Below, piece after piece: positions 1 through 9,864 of a DNA stretch of 64,000 bases. Each line of letters starts with the position of its first letter. Position 1 is the stretch's first letter. The notes under the pieces are model-generated. The model was not told the origin of the DNA, made no database searches, and saw only the letters and a list, made by a program, of their open reading frames with translations. This DNA is from Candidatus Delongbacteria bacterium. Its GTDB lineage: Bacteria > CAIWAD01. Made by a program: the position numbers and the translations under genes. The DNA lies in NCBI GenBank assembly GCA_963663545.1, contig OY760505.1, forward strand, positions 2,656,001 to 2,720,000. Reading direction: 5' to 3'.

Positions 1-2
1 GC

Positions 3-845
3 GGTGGCGGGGTGAGATGCCTTAGCCACCTGGGACTCGCCGAAGCGCTTCAAGAGGAAGGGCTGCGACCGGACATGATGGTCGCGTCCTCCACCGGAAC
101 CGTCATCGCCCTGTTGCTGGCGAGCGGTCTGGATCCTCTAGATATTCGCGCTCACCTTTTCAGCAACCAGGTCCGTTTTTCCTGGTGGCGGCCCAGTATG
201 CGTCACGGCGGCCTTTTCTCTCAGCAGATCATTGAGCGCATTCTGCAGCACTTCAATGTGCCTGCGCGCCTTGAGGACCTGCCCATTCCAGTACATATCG
301 TGATTACGGATCTGGAACTGGGCACCGAGGAAATCGTGTGTCACGGTGACACAGCAGCAGTGGCGTGTGCTTCCTGTGCGCTGCCGCTGATCTATCCACC
401 CATCGAAATTGGCGGGCGTTTGTACGCAGACGGCGGCATCGTCAACAATGTGCCTGCCGATGTAGCACGGCGCGTGATCGGCTCCGACGGTGTTGTGCTG
501 GTATCGAGCCTGGAGATGAATACCCTGGTGAGTCCCGCCTATCTGCGGACCTTTCCACAAGTGGTCTATCGTTCCATCTACTTGCCGCAGCTGTACCGAC
601 GGTATCGCAACATGGCTTCCTTTGCTGATCTAGTGGTGGAGCCATACGCCGACGAGCCGCTGGTGTTCAACAACTGGCGGAAGATTCTGAAGAGCTGGTC
701 CCGAGGGCTTATGCTGGAGTACTACGAGCGCGGACGGCTACGCATGCAGCGTGAAATGCCCGGATTGAAAGCTTTGATTGCAACGCGCCTGAACGGTACA
801 CATCAACCCGCGGAGGAAAGCCAGACATGTTGCGACGCATCCTGA
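3..845 (+). CDS. Patatin-like phospholipase, 5' end truncated by the window edge
   Basis: The frame is open from base 3 (GGGVRCLSHLG, the oxyanion glycine-rich motif). It has the nucleophile elbow variant ASSTG, the ASCALP block and the catalytic DGG (YADGGIVNNVP). Confidence 0.85.
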   Translation, partial: GGGVRCLSHLGLAEALQEEGLRPDMMVASSTGTVIALLLASGLDPLDIRAHLFSNQVRFSWWRPSMRHGGLFSQQIIERILQHFNVPARLEDLPIPVHIVITDLELGTEEIVCHGDTAAVACASCALPLIYPPIEIGGRLYADGGIVNNVPADVARRVIGSDGVVLVSSLEMNTLVSPAYLRTFPQVVYRSIYLPQLYRRYRNMASFADLVVEPYADEPLVFNNWRKILKSWSRGLMLEYYERGRLRMQREMPGLKALIATRLNGTHQPAEESQTCCDAS

Positions 846-1177
846 TCACTTTCTTCGGGCTGCTGGTAATTCTGCAGATCATGAAGAACAGTTTCATCTC
901 CAGCGGCTGGCCAGCCACTTTGATCATGGCCTTCGTACTGACCTTCGTCAACGCCACACTGCGGCCGCTAATGCACATCTTTTCCTTACCTTTCACGCTG
1001 ATCACACTGGGGCTCTTCGCCTTCGTTGTCAACGCGATCTGCTTCCAGCTAGCTGCATGGCTGGCAGGCCCCGGTTTTTCGATCAACGGATTCGGCGCTG
1101 CTCTTTGGGGCAGTCTGCTGCTGTCTCTTGTGACGACCCTCGTGGATCGTATCACGAGGGACAAACACCGATCTTGA
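827..1177 (+). CDS. YvlD-like 4-TM membrane protein (phage holin family 4_2)
   Basis: 116 aa, four hydrophobic segments, signature VNATLRPLMHIFSLPFTLITLGLFAFVVNA and GFSINGFGAALWGSLL. Confidence 0.85.
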   Translation: MLRRILITFFGLLVILQIMKNSFISSGWPATLIMAFVLTFVNATLRPLMHIFSLPFTLITLGLFAFVVNAICFQLAAWLAGPGFSINGFGAALWGSLLLSLVTTLVDRITRDKHRS

Positions 1178-1183
1178 CAATCC

Positions 1184-3694
1184 ATGAACCAGGACGGACC
1201 GAACATGAACACAGAACAACTGCGCGACCAATTGCTCGACCTTTCGAGGGACATGCTGTGGTGCTGGAAGCCCTGGTACCAGGCTTTCCTTCGCAGCTTG
1301 AATCCTGAGCATTTTGATCAGACGGAAAATCCGGTGCTTGTAGTACGCGGGCTCACGGAGAAGCGATTGGCCGAACTGGCCGCCAGCGCCGACTTCGCCA
1401 AGGAATTGAAGACGGTTACGCAGCTCATTGACAAGGAGCTGAAGGCGGCACTCAAGCGCACGCCCAAGCAGCTCAAGAAGCGTCAGATCGCCTACTTCTC
1501 AGCCGAGTACGGCATTCACACTTGTCTGCCCATCTACAGTGGCGGCCTTGGCGTGCTTTCCGGCGATCACATCAAGAGCGCTCACGATCTGGGATTACCC
1601 TTTGTTGGTGTCGGTCTGATGTACCGTCAGGGCTACTTCACCCAGCGTATTGATACCCAAGGTCAGCAGCAGCATGAAATGCGACTGATCGACTTGGCGG
1701 ATCTACCTGTGCAGCCGGTTTTTGACGAGGACGGCAAGCCGATACTCGTCAGCGTTGAGCTGCCCGAGCGCGATGTCTTTCTGCGTGTCTGGAAGGTGGT
1801 TGTCGGTAACTCGCGCTTGTATCTGTTGGATGCCGATTGCGAGGAGAACCGCAGCGATGACCGGGCGTTGACCTGGCAGCTCTACGGCGGTGACCGTGAT
1901 ACACGCATGGCGCAGGAAATCATTCTTGGTATCGGCGGTGTGCGCATGCTGCGCCGTCTGGGGATCACGCCTGACGTGTGGCACATGAACGAGGGACACA
2001 GTGCCTTCCTGGCCGTGGAGCGTATCAGCGAGCTGCTTCGCGAAGGATTTCATTTTGGTGAAGCTGCCGAGGCTGTTGCGGCCAATACCATCTTCACGAC
2101 GCACACGCCGGTGCCAGCGGGCAACGAAGCCTTCATGCTGCCCCGTCTGCATCAGTACTTCCGTCCCTACTGCGAGCGCAACAACATCAAGTTCCACCAG
2201 TTGCTGGAGCTGGGCACCCTGGCCGATCAGCACGGCTACAAGGTCTTCAGCCTGACCGCGTTGGCCATTCGCCTTTCGCGCTTTGCCAATGGTGTATCAC
2301 AGCTGCACGGCGAAGTCAGCCGGAACATGTGGTATCACCTCTGGCACCAGGTGCCCATTGACGAAACGCCCATCGATCACGTTACCAATGGTATCCATAC
2401 GGCCAGCTGGGTTGGCGCGCCCTTCCGCGATCTCTTTGTCGACAAACTGGGCGAGTGTTGGGAAGAGAAGCTGCTTGACCAACCGGCCTGGGAGGTGATA
2501 CGCGGCATTGAGGATCGTGAAGTCTGGGACCGCCACGTCGAGTTGAAGAAGCAAATGGTGGAGATGGTGCGCGGCAATATCCGGCAGCGCCTCGGCGGCA
2601 GTGGACATCCGGTTGAGGAGATTGTATCACGCGTTCGCGAGGATTCGCTCTTCATCTGCTTCGCTCGTCGTTTTGCCACTTACAAGCGCGCGGCGCTTAT
2701 CTTCGATGACATTGATCGTCTGGATCGCATTCTCAACAGCATCGACAAGCCCGTTACCTTGGTATTTGCCGGCAAGGCGCATCCCGCCGACCGTCCAGGT
2801 CAGGAGCTGATTCGTCGCATTCACGAAGTCAGCCTGATGCCGCAATTCCATGGCCGCGTGATACTTCTTCAGGGCTACGACATCAGTCTGGCGCGCTATC
2901 TGGTGCAGGGCTGCGATGTGTGGCTGAACAATCCTCGTCGTCCGCTTGAAGCCAGCGGCACCAGCGGAATGAAGGTTTGCCCCAATGGCAACTTGAATTT
3001 CTCCATTCTAGACGGCTGGTGGGTTGAGGGCTATAACGAGCGCAACGGCTGGCGCATCGGTCGCGATTTTGAATACGGCGACGACCGTATTCAAGACTAT
3101 TACGATGTGAAGTCGATGTACACGATTCTCGAGAAGGAGCTTGTGCCCCTGTACTTCGATCGTGATACAGACGGCGTTCCTCACGGGTGGGTGGACGCCA
3201 TGAAGGACAGCATTATCACCCTCACGCCGCAGTTCAGCAGTAGCCGCATGGTCAACGACTACGTGAATCAGTACTACATCCCCGCCATCGGAAAGGGCGA
3301 TCGTGCCCGCGAGGGAGACTGGAAATCGCTGCGAGCTTTTGTGGAATACAAGCGCGAGCTGAATCGCTTCTGGTATCACATGACCGATACCTTCCTGCAT
3401 GCGAAACGAGAGAATGATCGCGTTCAGGCCGAAGCCGGTCTCTATCTGGGCCTGCTGAGTCCCGACCAGGTACGCGTGCAGCTCTTCATTCGCAACGGCA
3501 AGAAGATCACTACTGTCAACTGCAAGCTTCTGGGCGAGGCCGAGGATCCCGGTGTGTGGCGTTATCAGGGTGAATACTCCGGTCCCTCGCTGTTGGAGGC
3601 CGAGATCAAAATGCGCGTGCTGCCCGCTCACGAGTACCTGTCCGACGAGATGGAGCTGGGCATGTGTTACTGGTTCAACGGCAAGATCGAGTAA
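1184..3694 (+). CDS. glgP: Alpha-glucan (glycogen) phosphorylase, GT35
   Basis: AYFSAEYG, YSGGLGVLSGDH, NEGH, ARRFATYKRA and the PLP-binding EASGTSGMK. The start may instead be the ATG at ~1205. Confidence 0.95.
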   Translation: MNQDGPNMNTEQLRDQLLDLSRDMLWCWKPWYQAFLRSLNPEHFDQTENPVLVVRGLTEKRLAELAASADFAKELKTVTQLIDKELKAALKRTPKQLKKRQIAYFSAEYGIHTCLPIYSGGLGVLSGDHIKSAHDLGLPFVGVGLMYRQGYFTQRIDTQGQQQHEMRLIDLADLPVQPVFDEDGKPILVSVELPERDVFLRVWKVVVGNSRLYLLDADCEENRSDDRALTWQLYGGDRDTRMAQEIILGIGGVRMLRRLGITPDVWHMNEGHSAFLAVERISELLREGFHFGEAAEAVAANTIFTTHTPVPAGNEAFMLPRLHQYFRPYCERNNIKFHQLLELGTLADQHGYKVFSLTALAIRLSRFANGVSQLHGEVSRNMWYHLWHQVPIDETPIDHVTNGIHTASWVGAPFRDLFVDKLGECWEEKLLDQPAWEVIRGIEDREVWDRHVELKKQMVEMVRGNIRQRLGGSGHPVEEIVSRVREDSLFICFARRFATYKRAALIFDDIDRLDRILNSIDKPVTLVFAGKAHPADRPGQELIRRIHEVSLMPQFHGRVILLQGYDISLARYLVQGCDVWLNNPRRPLEASGTSGMKVCPNGNLNFSILDGWWVEGYNERNGWRIGRDFEYGDDRIQDYYDVKSMYTILEKELVPLYFDRDTDGVPHGWVDAMKDSIITLTPQFSSSRMVNDYVNQYYIPAIGKGDRAREGDWKSLRAFVEYKRELNRFWYHMTDTFLHAKRENDRVQAEAGLYLGLLSPDQVRVQLFIRNGKKITTVNCKLLGEAEDPGVWRYQGEYSGPSLLEAEIKMRVLPAHEYLSDEMELGMCYWFNGKIE

Positions 3695-3703
3695 AGGCAA
3701 ACT

Positions 3704-5032
3704 ATGACTGGCGAACTTCGCACTCCCGATTTGAGCCGCGCACGCGCGGAAGACTTGTTGCAGTACATCGATGCTGGTGTCACACCCTGGCATGCAGTCC
3801 TTGAGACAGAACAACGTTTGCAAGCGGCCGGATTTACAGAGCTCCACGAGACTGATTCATGGAAGCTGGAAGCCGGTGCTTGCCATTATGTGATACGCAA
3901 CGGAACAGGTCTCATCGCCTTTCAGTTGGGAAGTGAATCTGCGGCAACAGGCGGTTTTCGTGTTGTCGGCAGCCACACAGATTCACCGGGTCTGCGCGTC
4001 AAACCTCACGGCGAACAGCGCGCCGGTGGCATGGTCAAATTGGGCGTAGAGGTCTACGGTGGCCCGATTCTGGCTACCTGGGCCGATCGCGAACTTACTC
4101 TAGCCGGTCGAGTAGTACTTCGTGATACAAACGGATTTGTGACACGACTGGTGAATCTGCAACGACCGCTGTTGCGAATTCCCACCTTGGCGGTTCATCT
4201 GGATCGCGAGGTGAATTCCAACGGGCTCAAGCTGGAGAAGCAAGCACACCTACCTTTGTTGCTGGCGGCCGTTGAAGATGGTCTTCCCGAGCAAGGACGA
4301 TTGCTCAGCATGCTGGCAGCCGAGTTGGGATGCGATGTGAAGAATGTCAGCGCCTTCGAACTCCTGGCTTGTGATACACAGTCCGGCAGCTTCTATGGAC
4401 CGGGTGATGAGTACTATGCCGTCGGTCGAATCGACAATCTGGCGGCGTGTCACGCGTCTATTGAGGCTTTGTTGGAAGCTGGCCGCAGCGGAAATGTGAA
4501 AGCCACCTGCGTTGCCGCGCTCTTTGACAATGAGGAAATCGGCTCACAGAGTGCCCAGGGTGCTCAGGGGAGTTTCCTCCTTTCCGTGCTGGAGCGTGTC
4601 ACACTGGCACAGGACGGCGGACGCGAAGAGCTGCTGCGGGCGCTTTCCGCAGGCTTCCTCGTCAGTGCCGATGCGGCACACGCGCTGCATCCGAATCACA
4701 TTGGTAAATACGACGCACAGCACCAGGTCTTCCTGAACAAGGGCCCCGTAGTCAAGATCAACCAGAATCTACGCTACACGAGTGACGGCCTATCTGCTTC
4801 CCATTTCCGCAGGTGGTGCGAAATGGCAGGTGTCGAATGTCAGACCTACGTGCATCACAGCGACCTGCCCTGCGGAAGTACAATCGGTCCGCAGACCGCT
4901 GCTAGACTAGGGATGCGTGCGGTGGATGTTGGCAATCCTATTCTCTCCATGCACAGCATCCGCGAGTGTGGTGGTGCAGCGGATCAGGACATGATGGTGC
5001 GTGCGCTCTCTGCATTCTTCGGCGAGCGTTGA
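3704..5032 (+). CDS. M18 family aspartyl aminopeptidase
   Basis: GSHTDSPGLRVKP, GVEVYGG, RIDNL, FDNEEIGS, SADAAHALHPN, CGSTIGP, LSMHSIRE. Confidence 0.93.
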   Translation: MTGELRTPDLSRARAEDLLQYIDAGVTPWHAVLETEQRLQAAGFTELHETDSWKLEAGACHYVIRNGTGLIAFQLGSESAATGGFRVVGSHTDSPGLRVKPHGEQRAGGMVKLGVEVYGGPILATWADRELTLAGRVVLRDTNGFVTRLVNLQRPLLRIPTLAVHLDREVNSNGLKLEKQAHLPLLLAAVEDGLPEQGRLLSMLAAELGCDVKNVSAFELLACDTQSGSFYGPGDEYYAVGRIDNLAACHASIEALLEAGRSGNVKATCVAALFDNEEIGSQSAQGAQGSFLLSVLERVTLAQDGGREELLRALSAGFLVSADAAHALHPNHIGKYDAQHQVFLNKGPVVKINQNLRYTSDGLSASHFRRWCEMAGVECQTYVHHSDLPCGSTIGPQTAARLGMRAVDVGNPILSMHSIRECGGAADQDMMVRALSAFFGER

Positions 5033-5048
5033 GTCTTAGGGAGTCCGC

Positions 5049-7259
5049 ATGCCCAACGAGTTGCTGCACGATCAGAGTCTGTGGAAGTTTCGTCTGCTGG
5101 GAGATCCACGGGCTGTGCTGGCTGATGGGGACGAACTGCGTTTTCATCGCGGGCGACCGACGCCCTGGGGAGCCAGTCACGCATGGCATGGCGCGCTGAA
5201 TCGCGGTGCACAGCTGGTAGAAGAAGTCAACCATCAGGGTTTGTACAATTTCGCCGTCTTCTCGAGTAGCGCTACGCGCGTCAGCCTGATTCTGATGAAT
5301 CCCGAGACTGGTGTGGAAGCCCTGCAGATTCAACTAGACGAGCGACTGAATCGAACCGGATCTGTGTGGCACATCGAAGTAGGTGGGCTGCGCTCAAACA
5401 TTCGCTACGCCTGGCGTGCCGACGGCCCGCGTGAACCCATTCACCGCTTCAGTCCAGCACACAACCTGGCAGACCCTTACGCCCGCGCGATGATGCGTAC
5501 TCAGCGCGGCGAACGCGTTGAGTATCACGCGCTGTTTCCGCTGCCCGATTTTCGCTGGCGTCATCCCGTGCCGATCCGTCGTCCGATGCGCGACCTGGTG
5601 ATTTACGAACTGCACGTTCGCGGCTTCACCATGGATCCTTCCTCGTGTGTCACGGCACCAGGAACGTATGCGGGGCTGGCGGAGAAAGTCGAGTATCTGA
5701 AGGATCTGGGCATCAATGCTGTCGAGTTGATGCCCGTGCACGAGTTCGATCACGACTCCTATCTCAGGCGTAGTCCGGTCAGCGATGAGATTCTGCGCAA
5801 TTTCTGGGGTTATGATCCCATTGGCCTGCTTTCACCGAACGCACGCTATTCTGTGGATGGCAATCCGCTGGAAGCCATCAACGAGTTCCGCTACATGGTG
5901 GATGCCCTGCACGGCGCGGGGATCGAAGTCATTCTCGACGTCGTTTTGAATCACACGGGCGAAGGTAGTCTTGCCGGACCCACACTGTCCATGCGCGGTC
6001 TGGACAATTCTGTGTGGTACATGATGGATGGTCACGGAAACTACCGCGATTACTCCGGTTGCGGAAACAGCCTCAATTGCAATCACCCCGTCGTGCGCGA
6101 CTTCATTCTCAACTGTCTGCGTTACTGGGTTACGGAGATGGGCGTGGACGGATTCCGCTTCGATCTCGCGGCGGTCCTGGGCCGTGATTCAAACGGCGCC
6201 GTGCTACCAAATCCACCTGTGCTCGAGGAGATTGCGCTGGATCCCATTTTGGCGGATGTGAAGTTGATCGCTGAGGCCTGGGACGCGCGTGGATTGTATC
6301 AGGTGGGCAGCTTCCCTTCTTATGGACGATGGGCCGAATGGAACGGTCGCTTCCGCGATGACATCCGGCGTCTGGTTCGCGGCGAAGCCGGAATGATTGC
6401 CGGTGCGGCTACGCGTCTCACGGGCAGTGCTGATCTTTACGAAAGTAGCGGACGACGCCCCCTGCATTCCATCAACTTCGTCACGGCGCACGATGGCTTC
6501 ACGCTGGCTGATCTGGTGTGTTACAACCAGAAGCACAACTTGGCCAACGGAGAAAACAATCGCGATGGTGCCAACGACAACTACAGTTGGAACTGTGGCA
6601 TCGAAGGCCCCAGTGACGATCCGACAATAAACGAGCTGCGTCAGCGACAGCAACGCAACATGCTGACCTTGCTTTTTCTGGCTCAGGGCGTGCCCATGTT
6701 GCTGGCGGGAGATGAGATCGGACGTAGCACGCGCGGCAATAACAATACCTGGTGTCAGGACAATCCGCTTGGCTGGATTAACTGGAAGGACCGTGATACA
6801 AACAGGGTCCAGTTTGAGTTTACGCGCGGCCTGATCGCTTTCCGGCAGCATCACGCTGCATTGAGGCGCGAGTCCTTCTTCACAGACGGCGGTGAGAAGG
6901 AAATCAGCTGGCATGGTGTTCTTCCCGAACAGCCGGATTTCGGCGCCGGTTCACGCTGCCTTGCCTGGCGTCTGCATGGCGATGTGCTCAAGCGCCGCCT
7001 GCGCCGCGAAGGCCGGATCAATGCCTATCGCTGTGAGTCTTCTCTGTGCTGGAACGACCTTTATGTTGCCATGAACTTCTGGCATCAGCCCGTCACCTTC
7101 ACTCCTCCTGAAGTGGGAGAAGGCCTGTTGTGGCATGTCGTGATACACACTGCCGACGGTACACCGCCTTTGCTGAAAACCGAAGAGGGGCGCGTTCCCG
7201 AGGGTGCCATTGAGCTTCCGGGCTATTGTGTTGTTGTACTGGAGTCCTTTGCACACTAA
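5049..7259 (+). CDS. glgX: Glycogen debranching enzyme / isoamylase (GH13)
   Basis: IYELHVRGFT, NFWGY, DVVLNHTGEG, GVDGFRFDLA, LIAEAWD, NFVTAHDGFTL, NYSWNCG. Confidence 0.95.
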   Translation: MPNELLHDQSLWKFRLLGDPRAVLADGDELRFHRGRPTPWGASHAWHGALNRGAQLVEEVNHQGLYNFAVFSSSATRVSLILMNPETGVEALQIQLDERLNRTGSVWHIEVGGLRSNIRYAWRADGPREPIHRFSPAHNLADPYARAMMRTQRGERVEYHALFPLPDFRWRHPVPIRRPMRDLVIYELHVRGFTMDPSSCVTAPGTYAGLAEKVEYLKDLGINAVELMPVHEFDHDSYLRRSPVSDEILRNFWGYDPIGLLSPNARYSVDGNPLEAINEFRYMVDALHGAGIEVILDVVLNHTGEGSLAGPTLSMRGLDNSVWYMMDGHGNYRDYSGCGNSLNCNHPVVRDFILNCLRYWVTEMGVDGFRFDLAAVLGRDSNGAVLPNPPVLEEIALDPILADVKLIAEAWDARGLYQVGSFPSYGRWAEWNGRFRDDIRRLVRGEAGMIAGAATRLTGSADLYESSGRRPLHSINFVTAHDGFTLADLVCYNQKHNLANGENNRDGANDNYSWNCGIEGPSDDPTINELRQRQQRNMLTLLFLAQGVPMLLAGDEIGRSTRGNNNTWCQDNPLGWINWKDRDTNRVQFEFTRGLIAFRQHHAALRRESFFTDGGEKEISWHGVLPEQPDFGAGSRCLAWRLHGDVLKRRLRREGRINAYRCESSLCWNDLYVAMNFWHQPVTFTPPEVGEGLLWHVVIHTADGTPPLLKTEEGRVPEGAIELPGYCVVVLESFAH

Positions 7260-7286
7260 CCGTCTGTGACACGAGATGAGGCTTCC

Positions 7287-8183
7287 ATGAGGGTTTTGTG
7301 GATGTTGTTGGCTGCCAATGTGCTCCAGGCGCAACTTGCTCTTGAGCCGGCGGATTCGCTTTCCTCTACAATGATCAACGAGAACAGCGGGATGGTTGCT
7401 AGCCGGGTTCACGAAGGCGTACTCTGGACGCTCAATGATTCTGGTGATACAGCACGCATTTTCGCTGTGGACTCCAGAGGCAGACTGCTACAGCCGGAGT
7501 GGACGGATGAGTACGACGGCTTGCATCTTGCCGGTGCTGACAACATTGACTGGGAGGATATCGCTGTCGATGATGCCGGAAACCTGATCATTGGTGCTTT
7601 TGGCAACAATGGCAATGCCCGTCGCGATCTGGCTATCTACGTGCTACCCGAGCCGGATCCCTTTGCCGTGAAACAAGCCCGTGTGCTACGCCGCATTGAC
7701 TTCTGCTGGCCGGACCAGACAAGTTGGCCGGACAGCGCGATGAATCACGATTGTGAAGCCTGTTTCTTTGGTGAGGGGCGTATGTGGTTTCTTACCAAGC
7801 ATCGTAGCGACCAGAATGCCTGCCTGTACCGATTGGATCCGCCACGTGATACAGCGGGTGCATGGTTCACGGCCTTTGATGCCGGCATCATTCATCCGCT
7901 AACGAAAGTGGGCTGTTTACAAGTCACGTTCGAGGAGGGAATCGCCGGTTTGGTGACGGCGGCGGATCTGAATCGGGATGAGAGCCGCCTGGCCATTTTG
8001 AGCTACACAAGTCTGCTGGTCTGCGAAGGCAGGCCGGGGCAGTGGTTGGAGGGGAAGGTCCGCAGGCTGAGCCTGCGCGCCGGACAGTGTGAGTCACTCT
8101 GCTGGCTCGGGGATCGCCTGCTTGTGGGAAACGAAGAGGGACAGCTCTTTTTCGTTGACCCCGAACAATTGAATAACAACTGA
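7287..8183 (+). CDS. Secreted protein, probable beta-propeller, function unknown
   Basis: Signal-like N-terminus (MRVLWMLLAANVLQAQ). ENSG, LWTLNDSG, DWEDIA, FGNN, DCEA, TAAD and QCES blocks are typical of a conserved hypothetical propeller family. The ATG at 7287 is preferred over the GTG at 7266. Confidence 0.7.
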   Translation: MRVLWMLLAANVLQAQLALEPADSLSSTMINENSGMVASRVHEGVLWTLNDSGDTARIFAVDSRGRLLQPEWTDEYDGLHLAGADNIDWEDIAVDDAGNLIIGAFGNNGNARRDLAIYVLPEPDPFAVKQARVLRRIDFCWPDQTSWPDSAMNHDCEACFFGEGRMWFLTKHRSDQNACLYRLDPPRDTAGAWFTAFDAGIIHPLTKVGCLQVTFEEGIAGLVTAADLNRDESRLAILSYTSLLVCEGRPGQWLEGKVRRLSLRAGQCESLCWLGDRLLVGNEEGQLFFVDPEQLNNN

Positions 8184-8257
8184 ATCCTTGTTGCCACTAT
8201 TCCGATAACATTGCTACCCCTCCTGGAGGTGGGAGGCTTCAGTATCGGAGGCGAATC

Positions 8258-8476
8258 ATGGCCGACTGTCAGTGCTTATCCGGCTGCCCCTTCTTCAACG
8301 ATCAGATGGCAAATATGCCCAGCTTGGCGAACAGCATGAAGCGACGCTATTGTCAGGGCGACGCGAGCCAGTGTGCGCGTCACATGGTATTTTCGGCTCT
8401 TGGGCGCGAGGCAGTTCCCAGGGACCTGTTTCCGAATCAGACGGACCGTGCGCAGGAGATCCTCGCCGCCAAGTGA
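8258..8476 (+). CDS. Small Cys-rich hypothetical protein (72 aa)
   Basis: Strong RBS (GGAGG) upstream of the ATG. Pattern C-x5-CPFF...YC-x6-CAR...VPxDLFPN. The ORF fills the intergenic gap exactly. Confidence 0.7.
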   Translation: MADCQCLSGCPFFNDQMANMPSLANSMKRRYCQGDASQCARHMVFSALGREAVPRDLFPNQTDRAQEILAAK

Positions 8477-8477
8477 T

Positions 8478-9815
8478 TCAGACGATGCGGTGTAGCCAGT
8501 CGCCTTTGCGGAAGCGCAACTCCAGCACAAGTGCGTAGAATACCAGATACGCGGCCATGCACAGGAAGGCACCGCGAATGCCGCCCTCCAGCAGGTGTAT
8601 CACGATGTAGCTGGCTGGGATGAAGTACAGCCAGTTGATCGCCAGCTCTGCTTTCATCACGAAAAGCGTCAAACCCGCGCCCTCCAGGCAGCCTGCCGTC
8701 GTCATGCACCAGGCATCGAAAGCCTGGAATGCGCCTAGCAGGCGAAGTGGCCAGCGGCCCAGCGCGATCACTTCCGCGTCACTTGTGAACCAACTCAATA
8801 GCTGATCTGGAAACAACAGGAAACACACGCCTACCAAGCTCATCAGTAGTGCGCCCACTTTCTGTGCTTCGCGTCCTGCCAGGAGTGCGTCGTTCTTCGA
8901 GCCAGCTCCCAGCAGCTGTCCAATCAGTGTATTGGCGGCAATTCCGATGCCGAAGCCAGGCATGAAAGAAAAGCTGAGGATGGTAATCACCACGTTGGCG
9001 GCCGCAAGCGAAGGCGTTCCGGCGCTCTTCATGAAGGACAGGAAACAGGCAAAGCCGCACATCACAAAAAAATTCTGTGTTGCCGAAGGCCAGGAGAGCC
9101 GCAGTATAGCACGCATTCCATTGGGCGCGAAGACCTTGAGCGAATGCGTGCGACCAAACAGGGAAAGCAGTTGTACTCCGAAGCGGTTGCCGATCTCTTC
9201 TCGATGGGCGAAGTAGAGGAAGAACAGACAGCCACAGGCCGTGGCGATTGCACTGGCCATGCCAGCGCCTGGAGCCCCAATTGCAGGGAAACCTGCATGA
9301 CCAAAAATCAGCAGCCAGTTGAAGAGGATATTGAGCAGGTTAATGATGATACTGACACGCATGTGCTGCTTTGTGTCACCAATACCGTTGAAGAATCCCT
9401 TGAAGGCCGAGATCAACAGAAAGGGTGTAATTCCAAGAAGACGCCAGCGCGTGTATGTGATACAGAGAGTATTCAATTCACTTGTATCACCTCCAAGAAT
9501 GATGTGATACAAGAAGGGCGTGACGTACCACAAGATGAGGGTCAGCGGAATTCCGGGAAGCACTGCCAGACGAAGAGCACTTTGCAGCACTTGTCCTACT
9601 TCACTTGTTGATTTTGCGCCGGTGCGTCGAGCCGTCAGGATCTGAGTTCCCATGGCCAAGTGGCTGAGGGAGCCAAGGACCATCCAGCAGACAAGTCCCG
9701 ATAACCCGACGGCGGCCAGAGCTTCTACTGAGATGCGTCCCACCATCATGGTGTCGACGATGCCCACAACGGTCTGTGACAGCTGGGAGAGGACAACGGG
9801 TAGAGCCAGGCGCAA
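8478..9815 (-). CDS. MATE family efflux transporter
   Basis: LALPVVLSQ, VDTMMVGR, GIGDTK, NILFNWLLIFG and GAGMASAIA, with 12-TM hydrophobicity. The start is uncertain (TTG). Confidence 0.9.
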   Translation of the reverse strand: MRLALPVVLSQLSQTVVGIVDTMMVGRISVEALAAVGLSGLVCWMVLGSLSHLAMGTQILTARRTGAKSTSEVGQVLQSALRLAVLPGIPLTLILWYVTPFLYHIILGGDTSELNTLCITYTRWRLLGITPFLLISAFKGFFNGIGDTKQHMRVSIIINLLNILFNWLLIFGHAGFPAIGAPGAGMASAIATACGCLFFLYFAHREEIGNRFGVQLLSLFGRTHSLKVFAPNGMRAILRLSWPSATQNFFVMCGFACFLSFMKSAGTPSLAAANVVITILSFSFMPGFGIGIAANTLIGQLLGAGSKNDALLAGREAQKVGALLMSLVGVCFLLFPDQLLSWFTSDAEVIALGRWPLRLLGAFQAFDAWCMTTAGCLEGAGLTLFVMKAELAINWLYFIPASYIVIHLLEGGIRGAFLCMAAYLVFYALVLELRFRKGDWLHRIV

Positions 9816-9864
9816 GAGTTGACGCGTCAGGCGGGGATGGAAAATGGTGCGAGCCGGGAAGATG

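Noticed and set aside
827..1177. Holin-family gene as evidence of a prophage
   Set aside because: The YvlD-type family is commonly chromosomal, and no other phage genes are present.
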